64,000 nucleotides of DNA from Marsupella aquatica (Eukaryota; Plantae; Marchantiophyta), in NCBI GenBank assembly GCA_973895155.1, contig OZ316893.1, positions 16,522,645 through 16,586,644 of the forward strand, read 5' to 3'. The notes under the pieces are model-generated. The model saw nothing but the letters and a program-made list of their open reading frames with translations, had not been told where the DNA came from and did not search any database. This document shows, piece by piece, positions 61,896 to 64,000 of the stretch (within the stretch, counting starts at the first letter, position 1; each line of letters begins with the position of its first letter). Both the position numbers and the translations under genes were made by a program.

Positions 61896-64000
61896 TCTAT
61901 GCATTTTTTGGTTACTTGTTGGTGCTGGTTATGCTGGAATTTCAATTGGAAATTCCTTACATTAATAGCTATGGTGCGTCCCATGGCTCCCTAAACCCAA
62001 GAAACCCCCCTGCACAAGCCGATTCCCGCAGGTTTTGCTCTTGGCAAGGCCGGTTCCGCGGCTTAGCGGCATGGGACGCTGCTAACTCTCTACTAACATT
62101 TTACACACATATACTGGACAGATCCTTCATCGGGTCATGAGATACGTAGCCAACCTATTCTATGCCTTCCCTTATCTTCCTCTCGTGGTCTTCCTTTAGG
62201 TATGTTTGGATTCCACCGCCGGAATGATCCCCAACTAGCTTGGGTAAGCCGCTAAGACCTCTCTCAGCTTGACACATCCAACTCTTACTACCTTGCTTAC
62301 TCCCTTCTCTTGGTTGATGTGGGCAATCTTCAAACAAGTTAATGCGGCACACAAATAGCAAAATGACTCCTTCTGATTGAGTTATACCATGCACTTGCCA
62401 TACAAACAGTACTTCTCATACACAAGATCTGCAAACTAAGCCGTGAGGCCCACTCTATTCATCTCTTAGGCATGAACAAGAAGCCTTAAAGGGTGAGTAA
62501 CAAGCCCAAACTCTAAGCACTCTCGTAAAAAAATTGCAGAAACAAAGAAAATGGCAAAAAAGTGGCCAAAAATACTACCTGTTTTTTGACAAAATTATAA
62601 AACAAACTGAAAGTATGAAAATGACACACTTTTTTCACCATCTCCTAATTACAAAATGATCTCAACTTACTTTTGATAAAATTACTACCTATAATTTTAC
62701 TATGCCATTTTAGCAATTTTTACCAAAACATGATTTGTATTTTTAACAAACAATCAAATTACCTCCATAATTCATTAGACTTGGGAAAAATTCAAATTCA
62801 TAAAATATGATCTCTTTTTGACTCTCCAACATGCGCCCCTTCACTCTTTGAGGAAGACTTTTCAATGGAAGATGATATCTCCACAAATTCACCACCTACG
62901 CTTCCAGATGTACCCGTTCTGATCCAAATCAGATCACTCAATGGCTCCTCTTTTACTCTCAACCTGGCTCTCAACATGCCTGAGTTTGATTTGTTAGGCA
63001 ACATCTGAATTTCACAAACATATTGACCCAACTGGGCTCCCCCAACCTCTTCTTGGGGACCTCTTCCAAATTCTTATTCTTCCCCTTCAAGTTAATTTCT
63101 TGATATTGATTGGCTTCCAATCTCAGCCAAATGATGCAAGTGTGCCCGGGTGACCTTCTTGTGATGATCCTTTCCTTGCCGGAATTATTTGCAGCCTCAG
63201 TAGGTCTTCTTGTGTCCCCGCTTGTGTCAGCGCTCTTACACCTTCCTGGAATTTGAGAGATGTCAGACGACCATATTCACTCTCTCCCCTTGGTGCTTGT
63301 TGCAACGCTTGACCTTTCCAAAATGCACAACAATCTGGTTTTGAGACAGGACTTAGTGTTTTTAGAAACTTGTTACAATCGGTCTTCATGAATTCATGAG
63401 TCCGCTTTCTCAACTGTCCACTATCTTGAAGACCCTTGAGTCGGACACCCAAATTAACACTAGTCTCAACCACATGGGATAGAACTTAACGCCCGGGGAG
63501 GCTAATGCTCTCAAATGAGTGAGAAGAACTTAATGTAGACAAAACACACAAAAGAGCAAAAACCCTTTAACTTGAAACAAATGAAATAACATGTTTTCAT
63601 GAATAGAGGATGCCTATTTGAACTTAATTGGTCCTTTCTCTAATTTAAATGAATAAGAAATGCTTAAATCGTTTTTCAATAATTAAGCCAATCCTTTCAT
63701 GACATAGACGAACAAGTCAAGGAAAAAGTTGAAAAAATTATATTTCCAAATTTTTTTTATGACACAACACTTTATTAATTAGTCTTCTTGGCTACTAGGT
63801 GGTATCTTAGTCCTTTGACTTTTTGGCTTGTTGGGCAACTTAGGGCTTCTTTGGGCCTTTTCCCTTCCCCATACCTCCCTTTACTAGATTGCTCAATTAT
63901 TAATCTCACAATATTGTTTGGACTACGCAATCCAGTTTACTTGGAGAAATAAATCATTTTTAGGTTTGCATTCCCACGTTTTCATGAGGATAAACATTGG

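Larger units (their letters stand above)
17093..61970. mobile_element. Large Mutator-like DNA transposon, copy 2, inverted relative to copy 1. Hosts the CACTA, the TG...CA element, both copia elements and the MITE; right part truncated near 61970
   Basis: Terminus GGGTATAACCACCG at ~17094 matches the copy-1 end and the MITE end at 11/14 each. CTCGTAYGAG-type subterminal repeats continue across the CACTA insertion (17110-17151 and 41676-41810). Transposase and ParB-like genes are colinear with copy 1. Confidence 0.68.

Noticed and set aside
61971-64000. Probable different repeat truncating copy 2, with short ORFs at 62798-63031 and 63123-63473
   Set aside because: No termini, TSD or domain can be established inside the window.

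Overview
A eukaryotic window made almost entirely of nested, mostly decayed transposons. It is inferred to be land plant (possibly non-seed) from a plant-type RPL18a fragment, CACTA and copia elements and spliceosomal introns. No intact host gene is evident. The main observation is two diverged, oppositely oriented copies of a large Mutator-like DNA transposon: copy 1 at ~3660-15996 and copy 2 at ~17093-61970, including nested insertions. Each carries a GCM-like/MULE-DDE/SWIM transposase and a divergently transcribed multi-exon gene with a ParB/Srx-like N-terminal domain. In copy 1 that gene also has a C-terminal beta-class N4/N6 DNA-methyltransferase-like domain. Both copies carry about 29 copies in total of a 15-bp palindrome, TAGCGCC-N-GGCGCTA, in introns and intergenic DNA, which suggests a ParB/parS-like self-recognition system. 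Nested in copy 2 are three insertions. (1) A 24.5-kb CACTA element (17152-41672, TSD GTA) carrying an RPL18a exon, an EDM2-like PHD-finger pseudogene, an open tandem-BRCT ORF, TnpD and TnpA-like genes. (2) A 4.6-kb TG...CA element with a 5-bp TSD and a long accessory ORF. (3) A 367-bp MITE-like relative with an 11-bp TSD. Two young near-identical Ty1/copia elements sit at 24389-30765 and 44179-50775. A 5'-truncated LINE interrupts copy 1, and a Ty3/gypsy remnant with an inserted solo-LTR-like sequence occupies the left end. All domain calls are motif recognition by eye; no database searches were run.
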